Of a stretch of 64,000 nucleotides of DNA, positions 1 to 28,095 are shown in pieces. The DNA is from Amoebidium appalachense (Eukaryota > Protista > Ichthyosporea), in the NCBI GenBank assembly GCA_963693365.1, contig CAVNZM010000009.1, forward strand, positions 2,048,231-2,112,230. Direction: 5' to 3'. The stretch's first letter is position 1. The number at the start of each line of letters is the position of its first letter. Both the position numbers and the translations under genes were made by a program. The notes under the pieces are model-generated. The model worked only from the letters and a program-made list of their open reading frames with translations, had not been told where the DNA came from and did not search any database.

Positions 1-1252
1 TGGGCAGACCATGCATGCACATGGCAATAAACAAGCATGCTCAGGTGAAATCTCAAATACATTGATCGGTGGAGGCACATAAGATTCCTATGCTTCATGA
101 CTCCTTGTCTTTTTTTCAATGCTTTGTTAACTTTTAGAAGCTCAGCCTGTGTTAAAATTGGCGTTGTGGACTTTGTGGATAGAGGTTCGGGTTGTTTGGG
201 CTTTTAGGCCAATTTATGGGCTTTTTCGGGTCAGGCCTATTTGGTGCGCATCTCGCCAATCATAAAGCGCAAATCTCTTTTGGGTCTGACTTGACTTTGT
301 TGAGCACCCTACAATATGCCATTACCCCTAGGGGATTAGTGGCACGGAGTATTGCGCAGCGACTATTCACAGTACTGGCTTAGACTACTGTCTACCGGGA
401 TCTGGATATCGTCGATACAAGCCGACGTACAAGGCACACACATGCACAGATCATTTGAAAACTCCGGGAACAGAGCAAACTAGGAAGGGGAAAAAAAGAA
501 AGGGAAAAAAAAAAAAAGAGGTTGTTTTTTATTCCTTTTTTGGGTGCCAAAACAAAGAAGAAAAACCTATTGATCAATGAACTTAACATATAAACATTAG
601 GACTTTTTATTCCTGTTGTGGGTGCAAAAACGAAGAAGCAAAACTCAGGCCCTGGGAAAGTCAACTATAATTGACTTACATCAACGACCATTAAGGTCAC
701 TTTTTATTCAAGTTTCATAGGTGTTGGAAGGAGGGAAGGAGGGGGAGCCGCGGACGATGAGCATTACAAGGGCTCCTTCTTTTGGAGGACAGTCGGATTA
801 GAAATTCAGAATAGGGTCGGTAGTATTCTTGTGAAGGCGCAGAGGCGGGGTCTCCGGAGGGGAAGGAGGGACCACGGGTAGGGGGGGAGGGGGGGGGGGG
901 GGGGGAGGAGGGGGTGGGGTGGGGTGGGGTGGGTGGGGGGGGGGGGGGGGACTTCATTTACTTAAACTTTTTTCTTTTGGGTGTTATCCAGCACCGGTGC
1001 ATGTATGTTGGTGGATACCGTATCCAAAAAGAGACCTACATACTACTTTCTAGACCTCGAGCCCGTCGTATTCCTATTTCTTTTTTCGTTGTTTTATCTA
1101 TAAGAAATTGCAGATATGGCAGAGCGATCGGGCTAAATATATTACAAAAGGACTATGGGGTCTTGTCAGTAATTCTCGAAGATTTCAAAAAGCTAAGGGG
1201 GTATAGTTACCAAGGGGAGGAGGGGAGTGTGCCGTCACAAGCACAGGAGGCC

Positions 1253-1370
<118 letters not shown>

Positions 1371-1373
1371 ATG

Positions 1374-1440
<67 letters not shown>

Positions 1441-1696
1441 ATCGGATGAGGTGGAAAGGAGGGGGTGGGGGGGAATGGGTTGGGGGGGGGGAGGGGGGGA
1501 CAGGATGAATAGGTATCGAAGCCACATGTATAACTTGAAGTGCAATCATTGCAATGTGAGGCTAGACCGGGCATGACGTGGAAGCTTGCCAATGGAGGGG
1601 AACAGATGAGTTAGGCGCTAACCGATCATATTGTTTACGATGCCCCAATGGTCGATAAGAAGGGAAGCCCGACCCGTGGGCCGTGGGTGGCCCCCC

Positions 1697-1730
<34 letters not shown>

Positions 1731-2663
1731 ACCGTCCCCCCTGGTCAGGCGAAGGAGGGGCCGGTGGGTGGGTGGGCGGCGGCGGGGCGGGGGGGGGGGG
1801 GGGGGGGGGGGGGGAGGGGGGGGCAGACACAACATAAAAATCTTGTCAAACTTCTTTACCATGGACTGCCACGTTTCTCAAGAGGACTTCACACAAGAGA
1901 TGGCGATACTACCTGGTCACTATCACGGTAACCGTTATTAATAGGCAAACCTGGTACTGTATCACATTTCAAATAGCTCTAGCTAATCAGGAACGTATGC
2001 ATACTAATGATTCAACAATTTGTACACTGAGTGACTTTATCATCGGAGTGCTTACACCAGTGTTGACTATAGTTCAGTGTGTCAGGCCTGTACTGCTTTT
2101 TGGGGAATCTACGGCCAAGTGACTTTGATAAGGTCACTCCGTGACCCCCCCACATTGTTGAACCACAACAATACCCGGTGACATGCACACTTACGTTTTT
2201 TCGTATACAACGGTCAGCCCGGTAAGTAAGTTACTACATAGTTTTATTCACGGTGCCCCATATCTGTTCACACTGTGAACCCAGTTGGAGCTCTCAGATG
2301 CCAGATTTTCGTTCTGCTAATCTGCTTTCTCCGTACACACACGTGCATATCGGGTGATATAACTGCCATTTTGGAAAAATATATATTACCGACCTGCTTT
2401 CTGCGGGTACGTGTTCTGAGATTAAACTCACTACTTGTGCAAAGAGAATTACACTAGCAGCTGAGCAAACAGTCAACCCAGGACCTTCCACTAACCAAAA
2501 AGATGGCGTGCATGTGTTGTGTCAGATGAAAATTTACGTTACCGTATTCACCTCTAATTTAAAAAGCTTTCGTGAAATCTTACGCACATCATCGCACACC
2601 ACAACGAACATGTACATTACATATCACGTCACGAATGTACGCGTACACGCAGCTACCTTTTTT

Positions 2664-3176
2664 TTAACTGAGCATCTCCACAGCAGACGCAGAGTTGGAC
2701 GCGGCCCCTGCATTCATAGAAGAGTAAGCGAAGTACGCACCACCGCCGAGAAGCGCGCAGCCTGCCGTTGCGCCGACAGCAATACCAGCAATAGCACCAG
2801 TTGAGAGGGGAGTGGCGTCTGTACTCTTCAAGTTTTCACCCGCCGTGCCCACGCTTGCAGTAGAGCCCGAGCCTCCAGTGTGCTGGGTGGTGCTAGACCC
2901 ACTGGTCCCAGATTTGGCGGAGTCCGCGGGTTTGGAGGTGTCCTGGCTGCCGGATGCAGCACCAGAATCAGCACCCGAACCACTGCCACGGTTATCCTGA
3001 CCGTCCTCAGGGGCATCGACGTATTCAGTCACGCAGGCAGTGGGTTCAGGGCCCGGGACATCGTCAACGGGGTCTGCAACTGCACCAGAATTATCCCTCC
3101 TCCAAACGGGATTGAAGGCGTCGGCGGAAATGGCCGCGGTGGCCAGAACGGCAGCAATGGCTTTGAAAGCAACCAT
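2664..3176 (-). CDS. Intronless type I single-pass membrane protein: signal peptide, Ser/Thr/Gly-rich ectodomain, Mid2/SKG6-like TM helix
   Basis: ATG at 3176 gives the hydrophobic leader MVAFKAIAAVLATAAISADA, then a dibasic WRR site, a low-complexity S/G/T linker, the TM segment GAIAGIAVGATAGCALLGGGAYFAY and a short tail. Clean 170-aa ORF without microsatellites. Confidence 0.8.
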   Translation of the reverse strand: MVAFKAIAAVLATAAISADAFNPVWRRDNSGAVADPVDDVPGPEPTACVTEYVDAPEDGQDNRGSGSGADSGAASGSQDTSKPADSAKSGTSGSSTTQHTGGSGSTASVGTAGENLKSTDATPLSTGAIAGIAVGATAGCALLGGGAYFAYSSMNAGAASNSASAVEMLS

Positions 3177-3789
3177 TTTATGTGTGTTTAACAACCGCAA
3201 GAGAGGAAACGATGTGTGAGTTCTAAGTAAAGTAGGTCATGAATGTGTACCTAAAGGGACCACAAACGCGACTGCTGGTGTGGGTGGGGTGGTGGTGGCT
3301 TCTTATGACGAGGACTCCTTGCAAAATGAGTTCGTGTATTTGAATATTGGGCGACACTGATTGGTCGACACAAATTACGCTGGCATACTGATATTACTGA
3401 GCATGAAAGATCCAAAAAATACGGAACATTTTGCTGGTATTGAAGAAGAAAACTCCAAAAATACATAACCAAGTACAATCATACTATTGCATCACATATT
3501 CTAGTTGAAAGAACAATCACTTAATATCTGGAGACAGCCTCGGAAAAGGTTGCCTAAATTTACTTTGTCCACATTCATTTACCGCGCTCAGTCAAAGGTG
3601 TCTAAAGTATTCTTACATTCTATTGGCTACGAATGCGCCTGGGGAGGCTGGGCAGCGCGCTTATGTATACATGTAAAAGTCGCCGTGGAACTCTATAGAC
3701 CTATGGTAAAAAAAATAGAAGACTTGACGAATTCAATTACAAATTCCAATACGCCTCTGCTTATATATTTTTGATAGTCAGCGTTTTTT

Positions 3790-4060
3790 TTTAAAGATTC
3801 ATAATAGCCAGGACGTGTCTGGACACTGTGGACACTGGTGGCAGTGTGGAAGTGCCATAGACTACGGCTGCCTTGTATTTGCCAATTATCATGCATTGGA
3901 TGTACGCCTTCCCTTTCGGCCAGTGGATCTGCGATGCGGGCTTCACTAATCACTGGAAGGCACCGCTTGCTCTCAGCTCCCACCCCTGCTTGCAAGGCCG
4001 CCCTCCTAACACGTACTGTAGCCGATTCTGCACATACCTAGCCGAGTCCACGGCTTTACT
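3790..4060 (-). pseudogene. Possible decayed fragment of a non-LTR retrotransposon AP-endonuclease domain
   Basis: A minus frame reads ...ELRASGAFQ*LVKPASQIHW...YIQCMIIGKYKAAVVYGTSTLPP with one in-frame TGA. This loosely resembles the GRxxGGVxxLVK...xxYxPP pattern of LINE endonucleases. Resemblance judged by eye only. Confidence 0.2.
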
Positions 4061-5070
4061 ATGATGACCATAGGGTGACCCACAATCCAAAGCACAACAG
4101 TGTGCTCGTGCGTGAGGCCACCTGGGCTTGAGACGATATGCCCGGTGGCCACGTGGATGTGCACGCGGCCGCGCGGCGCGCGGCGTCATGCATGGCTGCG
4201 CTGGACCGCAGTGACCGCAAGTCGCCCTTTATCATATGTACATATCATATGTAAGCCACAGCTACAATTTGGTCTATACTTGCAAGATGGTGATATACAG
4301 TACTGGCAGTGCTTCGTAACAAATCTTATGTTCACTGTCACATTCACTGCTGAAAAGTCAATCAAAATATCAGTCGATCGTCGTCCATGCCCGCCACTAA
4401 TCAAAATGTGCACTAAAAGACCTTATATGGTGCTAACGGTGCGCATTTGTCCAATCACAGATGACCCAAAGTCAAGATTGTGTACAAGTTGTGAAGATCC
4501 GAGGAAAGTTTGACTCCGGTCCTCGGAGCCGGTCATTTTCTCCTCTGCTCCTCTGAACAGGAAAACTAACATCACTTGCTAGTTTGGAAAGTTTTGTAGC
4601 AACTGGAAAAGTGCCGGTAACAGCATATTAGCGCCTGATAATTGCCTTTCCTTTGTGCCTATTTGGACCGCTTACCATAAACTGCAGCCGCAGGCCCGCA
4701 TGCCGAAGCTTGCAAGCTTTCCTTAAGTCCGCGCGGCTCCGCGCATATGATGCCGCCGTCCCCCGAGACTCGCGAGTCGCGCGGCTCCTCATACTCCTTT
4801 TGGCGGGCAAAAACTCGATTCAGTGCACACCGCCGACACCGTGGCACACAAAAGAGCACACTACATATGCCTGTAATAGTACCGTGACTAAAAACGTTAG
4901 ATGGCTGAAGTTGATGTTAGTTCAACGTGCAACAGAAACGCTTGGAGCACATGAAACAATGAGTAAAAGCATTCAACGCACTTTCCTCACCAGCTGTCAA
5001 GTATCATGTTCTATAATGCGTGTGACGTTTGTTCACATTGAACGCACGAGGCCAGAATATGGCGTTTAGA

Positions 5071-6427
5071 TTATGAGGCTGGGCGACTCTCTGAAGACTG
5101 CGAATCTTTATATCCCGCACATAATGCTTTGGGGAAGCAACTAATTCCAGTTGTCAGCGCTAGGTCTTCTGTCTTAGCATAAACGTCGGTTGACGGAAGT
5201 GCAGGAGAAGAAAGGACGAAGCTCGTCGAAGGAGGTAGGGGACGAAGACATGGATAAAGGCTATTTGGGGTGGGTTTATTTTTTGGTGGGTTTAGGTTAG
5301 GGGGAGCCGAAGTAGTGGGAGCGGCCGAGTATTCTTGGTGCGCAAGGAAGGTTAGGCTGTGTGCAGAGGGAGGGAGGGGAGCGTGGGGGAAGACAGAGAC
5401 GGATGTGTGGGTGTGTGGGAGGGGGGGGGGGGGGGGGGAGGGGGAGGGGGGGGAGGAGGGGGGAGAGGGGGGAGAGAGAGAGGGGGAGAGAGAGAGGGGG
5501 AGGGGGGAGAGTGTAAGAGAGAGAAAGATAGGTAGGGAGAGAGAGAGAGAGAGCGGTGTGTGTGTGTGTGTGTGTGTGGTGGGAGGGGGGGCGGGGTAGG
5601 AGGGGGGGGGAGGGGGGAGGGGGGAGAGCGCTGAGCGAGGGAGAGAAAGCTGAGAAAGAGAGAGAGGGAGATGGGAGAACAATTGGAGAACGTGTTTGTA
5701 TGTGTTTGCCTGGGTGAATGTGGGTGGTGGGCAAGAGAGGGTCGGAAGTCGAGGGAAAAGGGAGAGGGGGGGGGGGGGGGAAGGAGAGAGGGAGGGGGAG
5801 TGAGAGAGAGGGAGGGAGAGGGGGAGGGGGAAGGAGGAAGAATGGGGAGAGAGAGGTGGGGAGAGAGTGTGTGTATGTGTGTGCATGTGTGTGGGCGGGT
5901 GAGCGGGTATGTTGTTGTGTGTGTGTAAATTTTGTGTGTAACTGTGTGTGCGTGTGTTCAGGGAAAGCCGAGGTAGGGCGGGGTTCGTGTCTTTTTGGGT
6001 ATTGTAGTAGGAAAAAAAATACGAAAGGGCTTGTATGGTGGTGGGTCGGATCAAAATGCAAGGGGTTGAAAAGGATGATCGTTAATAACGGGGCTCGTAC
6101 GTCTTGAGGGCATGATCAGTGGTGTGAGTAGGCCGTGGAAAGCGATCATGGTGCAGAAGCCGACAGGTGTTGGACACATCTGAAATGGCGGGACTGGGGA
6201 AGGGATAGTCTTGTAGAACGTGCTTGTTAGAGCAGATAATGTCTGCATGTGCTGGGGAATGGGTGGGGTGGGGCCAGGGGGAGGAAGCGGGAGGGGCGGG
6301 GGGGGGGGGGGGGGGGGGGGTTTGAGAGTAGGAGGGCGGGTGGGAAAGCAGCTTGTGGGGAGGGTGTGGTGTAGGAGGGAGGGGCGAGGGGAAGAAGTTT
6401 GTGTGTGTGTGTGTGTGCGCGCGCGCG

Positions 6428-6494
<67 letters not shown>

Positions 6495-6697
6495 TGCGCA
6501 TTCGTGTGTGTGTACACACATGCATGTGGTTGTTAGGGGGGGGGGGGGGGGGGGGGGGGCAGGTGTCGCATGCGCAGGGAGCCGCTCAAGGGGGCCACAC
6601 ACGCACGTGCTTTGCTTTTCAATTTTCTTTCTTCCTTTGTTTGTTTCTCGTTTGGGTTTGTTATTTTTCCCTTGGGGAAGGAGGAGGGGGGGGTAGA

Positions 6698-6733
<36 letters not shown>

Positions 6734-6829
6734 CTGCAGCTTGAGACAGACCACCACACAGGTACATACACGTGGGTGGAACGTAGAGAACAAACCTGGA
6801 TGGATGGGTGTTAGGGAGGGAGAAATGAA

Positions 6830-6860
<31 letters not shown>

Positions 6861-7285
6861 GCTTACGAGTATTATGTGGCAAGATGGGACTATATGTGTA
6901 TGGTGTGCGCGCTGTATTTTGAATATTGTGTAATGTGTACACGGTTTTTCTTTTGGCTTTCTGTTTTCTTTCCTCTCTTCATTTCTGCGTCGTCTTCTTG
7001 TTTTTTGGCCCCCCCCCTCCCCCCCCCCCCCCCTCTCCCCCCGTGCGCACGCGCGTGTGTGGCACTGTCATTGATGGTTTTTTGGGGGGGATTTGAGGGA
7101 GAGGGGGGGAGGGGGGGAGGGTAACCAGGAACATAGGTGCAATTTTTTTTAAGAGGCTCTGGAGATTTGGGGGGAGGAGGAGGAGGGGGGAGGGGGGGGG
7201 GGGAGTGAGGGTGGGCGAGAGTAACCCTGAGTCCTTTGGCTCTCCATCTCCCCCTCTTTGCCCTTGCTCTGATGCTTCTTTTACC
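5071..7285 (-). CDS. Hypothetical multi-exon gene, divergent from the PZP gene; start codon not found
   Basis: Phase-consistent chain of GT-AG exons: about 7285-7226, 6996-6943, 6795-6770 (branch-like CTAAC upstream, GTATGT donor), 6179-6101 and 5260-5071 (TAA). Joined protein ...KENRKPKEKPFVLYVPPTYVSNTCRLLHHDRFP...RPAS*. No recognisable domain. Confidence 0.3.
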
Positions 7286-7421
7286 CTGCACGAAACATTC
7301 ACTCTCCACTATAAGCCATCGAGATTCCCCTCGGGCTAACCTTTTACTCTGCCACGTTCTTGCATACAGTTTTTTTTGCAGAACTCAGTAGTGTGGAAAT
7401 AATACTACAGCAAATGTGAAA

Positions 7422-20107
<12,686 letters not shown>

Positions 20108-20419
20108 TGATCTTGAAGGCCTGGTAGTGAAAGAACAAAGTCGGGATTTCTCGATGGAGCACCTTGTGTGGCGATGCCTAAAAACAGAGGCAACTCCATG
20201 TATGGGAAACAACAATAATTGCGCTCGGTGACGTCGGCTGTATGATCGGTGGAATGATTCTGTGACGTTCATGCCGCATGATAATGCCCAATTCAGACCT
20301 GAACCTTTTTATTTTTTTTTTATTTTTTTTATTTTTTTTGCCCAACATTTTTTTCGTGTCTAAAACGTAAGGGCATCGGTTGTTGCTTTTGACTGGCTTA
20401 TCGGACGGCCGACTCGTAG

Positions 20420-21350
<931 letters not shown>

Positions 21351-21909
21351 CGGTCAGCGTGTGGATGCGTCACAGTTGCGGGTCCTTTTCACTTGGCATG
21401 TTAAATTGTGCGCACATGTGCATGGCCTGCTCTTGTGTGTTACCGTGTGCGATATATTGATGCCCTTGCACACACGTGCGCGCATTCATGAGTGTGTGCA
21501 CGCGTAAGCATGCACGTGCGCGTGTGTGAGTGTGTATGTATGTGTATGTGTTGGGAAATGGCAGTAAAGCAGAATATTTGGAAAGGAAACTGAAATTAAA
21601 GTAAGGGGCCATTACGTCATAGTGAGCTCACTGAGTTCCATGCGTACACGGCCGTGTAGCTCAAGATCATTACAAAAGAAGTGGGAGATCTAATATGCAT
21701 ATTAACGTTGACTTTTCCGGTTTCCTTGTGATATGGACCTCGTGGACCCACGAACATTTTGTCATGTTTGAGCCGGCGTTGGTGGAGTTGGTGCCGTTGG
21801 AAGGGACTACGTGCACACGTCTAGATCTCACCTGGGAATTATGAAAACTTCATGCGCGCTCACGCACACACACAGACAGACACACAGACACATACACACC
21901 GCACACATG

Positions 21910-21947
<38 letters not shown>

Positions 21948-22110
21948 GCGAACGTGCGTGCGCTCACACACACATCGATCCTTTACGCGCACGAACCTGC
22001 TGCTCGTGTGCACCATACATAGTCACACACGAGACATATACGCAAGCACGCACACAGGTGCGTGCGCATGCCCACACACGAAGACACACATGATTCGGCT
22101 TTTACGTGTG

Positions 22111-22229
<119 letters not shown>

Positions 22230-22612
22230 ACACGATGTGTGTGTGTGTGTTGGGGGGGGGGGGGGGGGGGGGGGGGGATGAAAGGGGGGAGGGGGGAGGG
22301 GGGAAGGGGGTGCTTGCTTGGATCCTGCTGCTCAATGATTAATAATGATTCTGGTCGAGGCAGCTGGTTGAGATGTAATTCATTCGCAGTAATGGCACAT
22401 TTATTTTGTTGCAGCGACACAGGCGCTTGCAATGCGCTTTTTTGAAACCAGAGCTACATTTTTTCTTCATTCAACTACAATATCAATGCCGTAGATTTAC
22501 ACATTCATCGTGAATTAAATCTGCTGTTGTACCACAGTCTGCTAATATCGTTATGCACTAATTTGAAGATTCACGAAAGAGGACCAGAAAGAGGACCTGA
22601 ATTTCTCTGATT

Positions 22613-23356
22613 TCACTGACAAGCACAACGAAACTTCACAACGGCAATGGGAAGCAGTTGCCTCGTGTCGCGAGACACATACAGGTAACCATCATACGGC
22701 CTTTCGTAGTCTTTCCCTTTCTCGCCCAAAGCCAAACGACACACAAGAATCTGCTGCCCGTGGCGGGAATAACGTGCACATGTGCCTGCATGGATGGATG
22801 TGTACTCGCCTGCACCCCTCACGTTCCCCACGCACGTCCCCCTTTTCTTTTCGTCGAAACCACATTTGCATATGGAATCAATAGCATCTGGTGTAGTCCC
22901 ATGGAAGACTAGCTGGACGTGTGTGTTTTCGTGAGTGTCGCAGAATTCTGCCCACTGCTGGTAGACTTTTTCGTTTCCGTGACACACTTGATATGTGTGG
23001 TGTGTGGTGGTTTCCTGTGTGGGGACAACCATGTAATCTTCGTCAATATCTCTGTATTCGCTCGTGAAATCGTATATGTGGTGCGGGTTCACATGCTCTC
23101 CCTTGTAATCAAGCAACTGAACCCACTCAAGTTTGAGGTTGGAGTCTTCGAGTTTGTCCTCTATTTCGGATATGACCTCTTCTATATGTTGCTTCTCGCT
23201 TTGTTCAGCCTGCACATTATTGTCATGTGGCCGGATAGAGTAAGAAAGGGTACCTTGTATATCGCTGCCGGCTCCCATTTTCGTTTTCGTTTTAGCACAA
23301 CTGCAAGTTGGCACATAAAATGTCCAGAATGGAGATTTTCGTGGTGATGGATGCAT
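22613..23356 (-). CDS. Intronless PARP-family (ARTD) ADP-ribosyltransferase catalytic-domain protein, probably a mono-ART
   Basis: Motifs LVFHGT, IC-x2-GF, GAGEY, ARYS, ILVCRLALG and YLYV...QLLP follow the order of the PARP catalytic fold. An alternative start is the ATG at 23278. Confidence 0.85.
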   Translation of the reverse strand: MHPSPRKSPFWTFYVPTCSCAKTKTKMGAGSDIQGTLSYSIRPHDNNVQAEQSEKQHIEEVISEIEDKLEDSNLKLEWVQLLDYKGEHVNPHHIYDFTSEYRDIDEDYMVVPTQETTTHHTYQVCHGNEKVYQQWAEFCDTHENTHVQLVFHGTTPDAIDSICKCGFDEKKRGTCVGNVRGAGEYTSIHAGTCARYSRHGQQILVCRLALGEKGKDYERPYDGYLYVSRDTRQLLPIAVVKFRCACQ

Positions 23357-24379
23357 GAAAGTGCGCCACCGTCTTTGTTTATATACCCTTTGGAACTGGT
23401 AGTCACCCAGTACTTACATTCTATTGATCGGTGGGCTGTAATATTTCAAGATTCATAAAGGCATTGATTTATGCATATGAGAGCTTTAACGAACCAAAAA
23501 ATTAGGTGCGTATAACCTAATAATAAATATATAAATATTTACTGGCCAAACAAGGACAGCAAACCATCTGTATGCAGCAATATAACGCAAATGTATTTTT
23601 GAACCCGCCGTAAAGGTTTGAACTGGGGTTGAAAAGCGAGTATAAGGAGATAAAAGCAACCAATTGAAAAGCCTTGAAATGCGCTAGAACGTTCGAGAAC
23701 CAATCAACTTGATGCTCAAACCGTGAGGTTGCCCGTAATGGCTACATTTCAAATTCAAACGTCGTTGTTTGATTGGCGATTAGTTGGGGCGTTGGTCTTT
23801 ATGGCGGCAAATGTTTCTATTAAAACCTAACTATACTTTATGCTTCGCTATTTATCATTTTTACTCTTGGCGATCTGAGGCACACGGTTCCTCTTCTCAT
23901 TGGTGGTACTGCAGTATCATCATCCCGCCGGCGCGAAGTTCGAACTTGCTCGAACGAACGTGTACGGTACCGTATACGTAGCCTACCATATACTTGTAGG
24001 TACGGTGTGGGGTCAACATGTGCATGCAGTATGTGCAGGAGAAAACAGCCGAGTGTTTTGTCACCGTAGTATTTTTTTTTCCCCCTCTTTTTTTGATCGT
24101 TGGACACATGTGAGGCAGCTTTATATCACGGCTGCGTGGTGCTGTATATATATATATCGAGTGTTTTTATAGGCTGGGTTCAGGTTTCAGCTGGTGCCTG
24201 GGAAACTTAGAAGAGTTTAAACAACCATTTGTCACGCAGAAACTGCAGATGACTCTGTAGGGTTGTAAGTGTGGGACACAACTTCACGGGCAAGAGGTCT
24301 GCGCAGAAAAACACGAGATGCAGCGGGGCTCAAGAGGCGCACAATAGAGACACCCACGGCCACTCCCGGACCCTCTGCA

Positions 24380-25850
<1,471 letters not shown>

Positions 25851-27018
25851 CCAAACGTTTACAGGGCCACAGACAAAGGCAGACCCTTGTTGTCTACACA
25901 GGAAACACCCTTTAGAACGGGAGCACTTGCACCCACACGGGCCTATCCTACACACCGTCGCTAAGTGGCACATACAGTCAGACATTCGCTCATTTGCTCA
26001 CAGTGTTTCACGCTGGCACATCGATACGCACACACATAGTTATCCATGGCCAAACTCTTTCTGCCTGCATCTGCACAACAAACATAACTTGGATTAGTTG
26101 AACGTGGATTTACTGTACCGCTTGTATGTGTGTGCCTGTGTACGTGTGTTTGTTGGGGTGCCCGGAGTGCTGGGTGGTGGGGTTGGGGTTGGGTGGGTGG
26201 GTGGGTGGAAGGGGGGGGGTTGGGTGTGTGGAGTTGGGGGTGGGGGGAGAGGAGAGAGGAGGGGGAGGCAAGGGAAAGCTAATGGAGTGGGCCGGGGAGT
26301 CTGAGACTCTGGGGTTCGGGTGGGGTTGGTGGGGGGAAAGGGGGTGTGGCATTGCATTGGGGGGAGGGGGGGGAGGGGGGGGGGGGGGGGGGGGGTGAGA
26401 TTTAGAGGCTACAGGGACAGGAACTTATTTGGCCAAAATACAGATGCCAAGTTCAGCTTTTGGCCAAGTCCTTTTTGAGTGATATTCTGTCTTCTCGTGC
26501 GTCCATGTGCAGGCTAAATGAATGTATTTTATTATGCTTATGAATACTATTCTGCAACGTTAATCGAACTGCTTGCATGTGCATTCACGTTGTGATGGCC
26601 TCATCCAAATACAAACCTATGTCTGAAATATGTTAGTGTGATGTATGTACGGGCAGACTGTATCAACTCCCTCGCCCCTCAATTAATATTTTGAACAATT
26701 TGCCTCAATGAAACAATGTGCACCATGTTTAGGGATTGTCGTGATGGGCCAAGGGAGGATAAATGATCGACACATATGCACCAGGAGGATGTATAACTCA
26801 AAATACAATCCTGGAGCTCGTTTTATTATGTTATGTATCGAATTACTTCACTCTAGGTTACGGATTACTTTACAAATCGGTTGAAAGCTAGCTCACCTTC
26901 AGGGAAAGTTTAAAAGACTGATCATCCTACTCTTTACTCTTATCACATTCATTCGCATTTTTCTGGAGGCACCAAAAGGCTCTCCTCTTACGCTTACATA
27001 CAGAAAGATACACCACAT

Positions 27019-27726
27019 TCAGAAGTTTTGCGCGTCTACGCACTGGCGTTTGCTAGGATAAAAATCGTCGGTCGGAGTGTCGTAGCACCGTTTGATCGAT
27101 GCAACATCTTGCTTGAGTGGCTGGCAGTCTGGGATTAGGGTACCCGGCGACTGGGGAGACGGGGGGTATGCAGTAACAACCATAGGAGATGAGGTGGGAA
27201 TTGGCGTCGACGGACACGAGGGAAGGGTGGGGACGAGCTGGCCGGGCTTGGCAGAAGAATTGCTGAGTGCAGGGCAGAGGAAGCCAGCCAGAAGCATCAT
27301 GATGCTGTGGGGAATGTCCCCCTGCGTATGACTCGATGAATGTGCGCGTTGATACAGCCCGGCCCAGAGATTGAACTGGCTCTGACGTACGTACAACTCA
27401 TAGCCTAGGGCATTCAGGACCTCCCTTTCCATCAAGATGACGTCACGTGGTGAGAGTCCACACCAGCTGGCCCAGTGCCTGCTACGATAACTGCTCTCCT
27501 CTACGTATTTGCTGCTGAGAATTAGGCACCCAACGTAAATACAATGGGGACAGGTGGGCCCCGTTTGTGCCTGCCTGCAATGGGCTGCGAAACGGGTGCC
27601 GTATATCATGGAGACTACAAAAACGGCTCGTGATGCCCGCGCTGATTGAAGGAGCCTGCGAACATATTTCTCGAAGCTCTCTCCGGACATGGCATGGTTG
27701 CAGGTTACGGCATTAACGAAAGTCAT
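27019..27726 (-). CDS. Intronless PHO80/Pcl-family (Pho85-type) cyclin
   Basis: Cyclin box YVRRLL...VFVVSMIYGTRF...IYVGCLILSSKYVEESSYRSRHWASWCGLSPRDVILMEREVLNALGYELYV, followed by a Ser/Pro-rich PEST-like tail. Confidence 0.88.
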   Translation of the reverse strand: MTFVNAVTCNHAMSGESFEKYVRRLLQSARASRAVFVVSMIYGTRFAAHCRQAQTGPTCPHCIYVGCLILSSKYVEESSYRSRHWASWCGLSPRDVILMEREVLNALGYELYVRQSQFNLWAGLYQRAHSSSHTQGDIPHSIMMLLAGFLCPALSNSSAKPGQLVPTLPSCPSTPIPTSSPMVVTAYPPSPQSPGTLIPDCQPLKQDVASIKRCYDTPTDDFYPSKRQCVDAQNF

Positions 27727-27973
27727 TTTTCGTGTTGTATCAAAGAAGGTAAGTGTGCGTGTATGTTCGTACTACGCCCTTACATACAAGATGAAAGCTA
27801 TATACAAGTGAGACAGGCCGGGCGTCGCCTGTAGAGTAACAGCTCGGCGTTTTACGGCACGTGTGTGTCGTTGAACTGCAGGCCCGATAGAGCGACAGCA
27901 TGCTTATAAGGCCATCTGTCCGCAGCTTATTCGGCTCATTAGTTTTCCCGCCTAACATTTATCGGCTTAGGTG

Positions 27974-28095
27974 AAAATCTGAGGCGTCCACGTGTTTTGA
28001 TTGGCTCCAGAGCCCGCTAAATCGGCTAAACAGACATATAAAGCCGTTAGGATGTCCGCTAGGCCAATCAAAACACGAGTCTGCCCCAGAATTTT
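27974..28095. promoter_or_regulatory. Inverted repeat containing two CCAAT boxes upstream of the cyclin gene
   Basis: Perfect 15-bp arms CGTGTTTTGATTGGC (27991-28005) and GCCAATCAAAACACG (28063-28077), extending imperfectly to about 33 bp. Confidence 0.5.
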
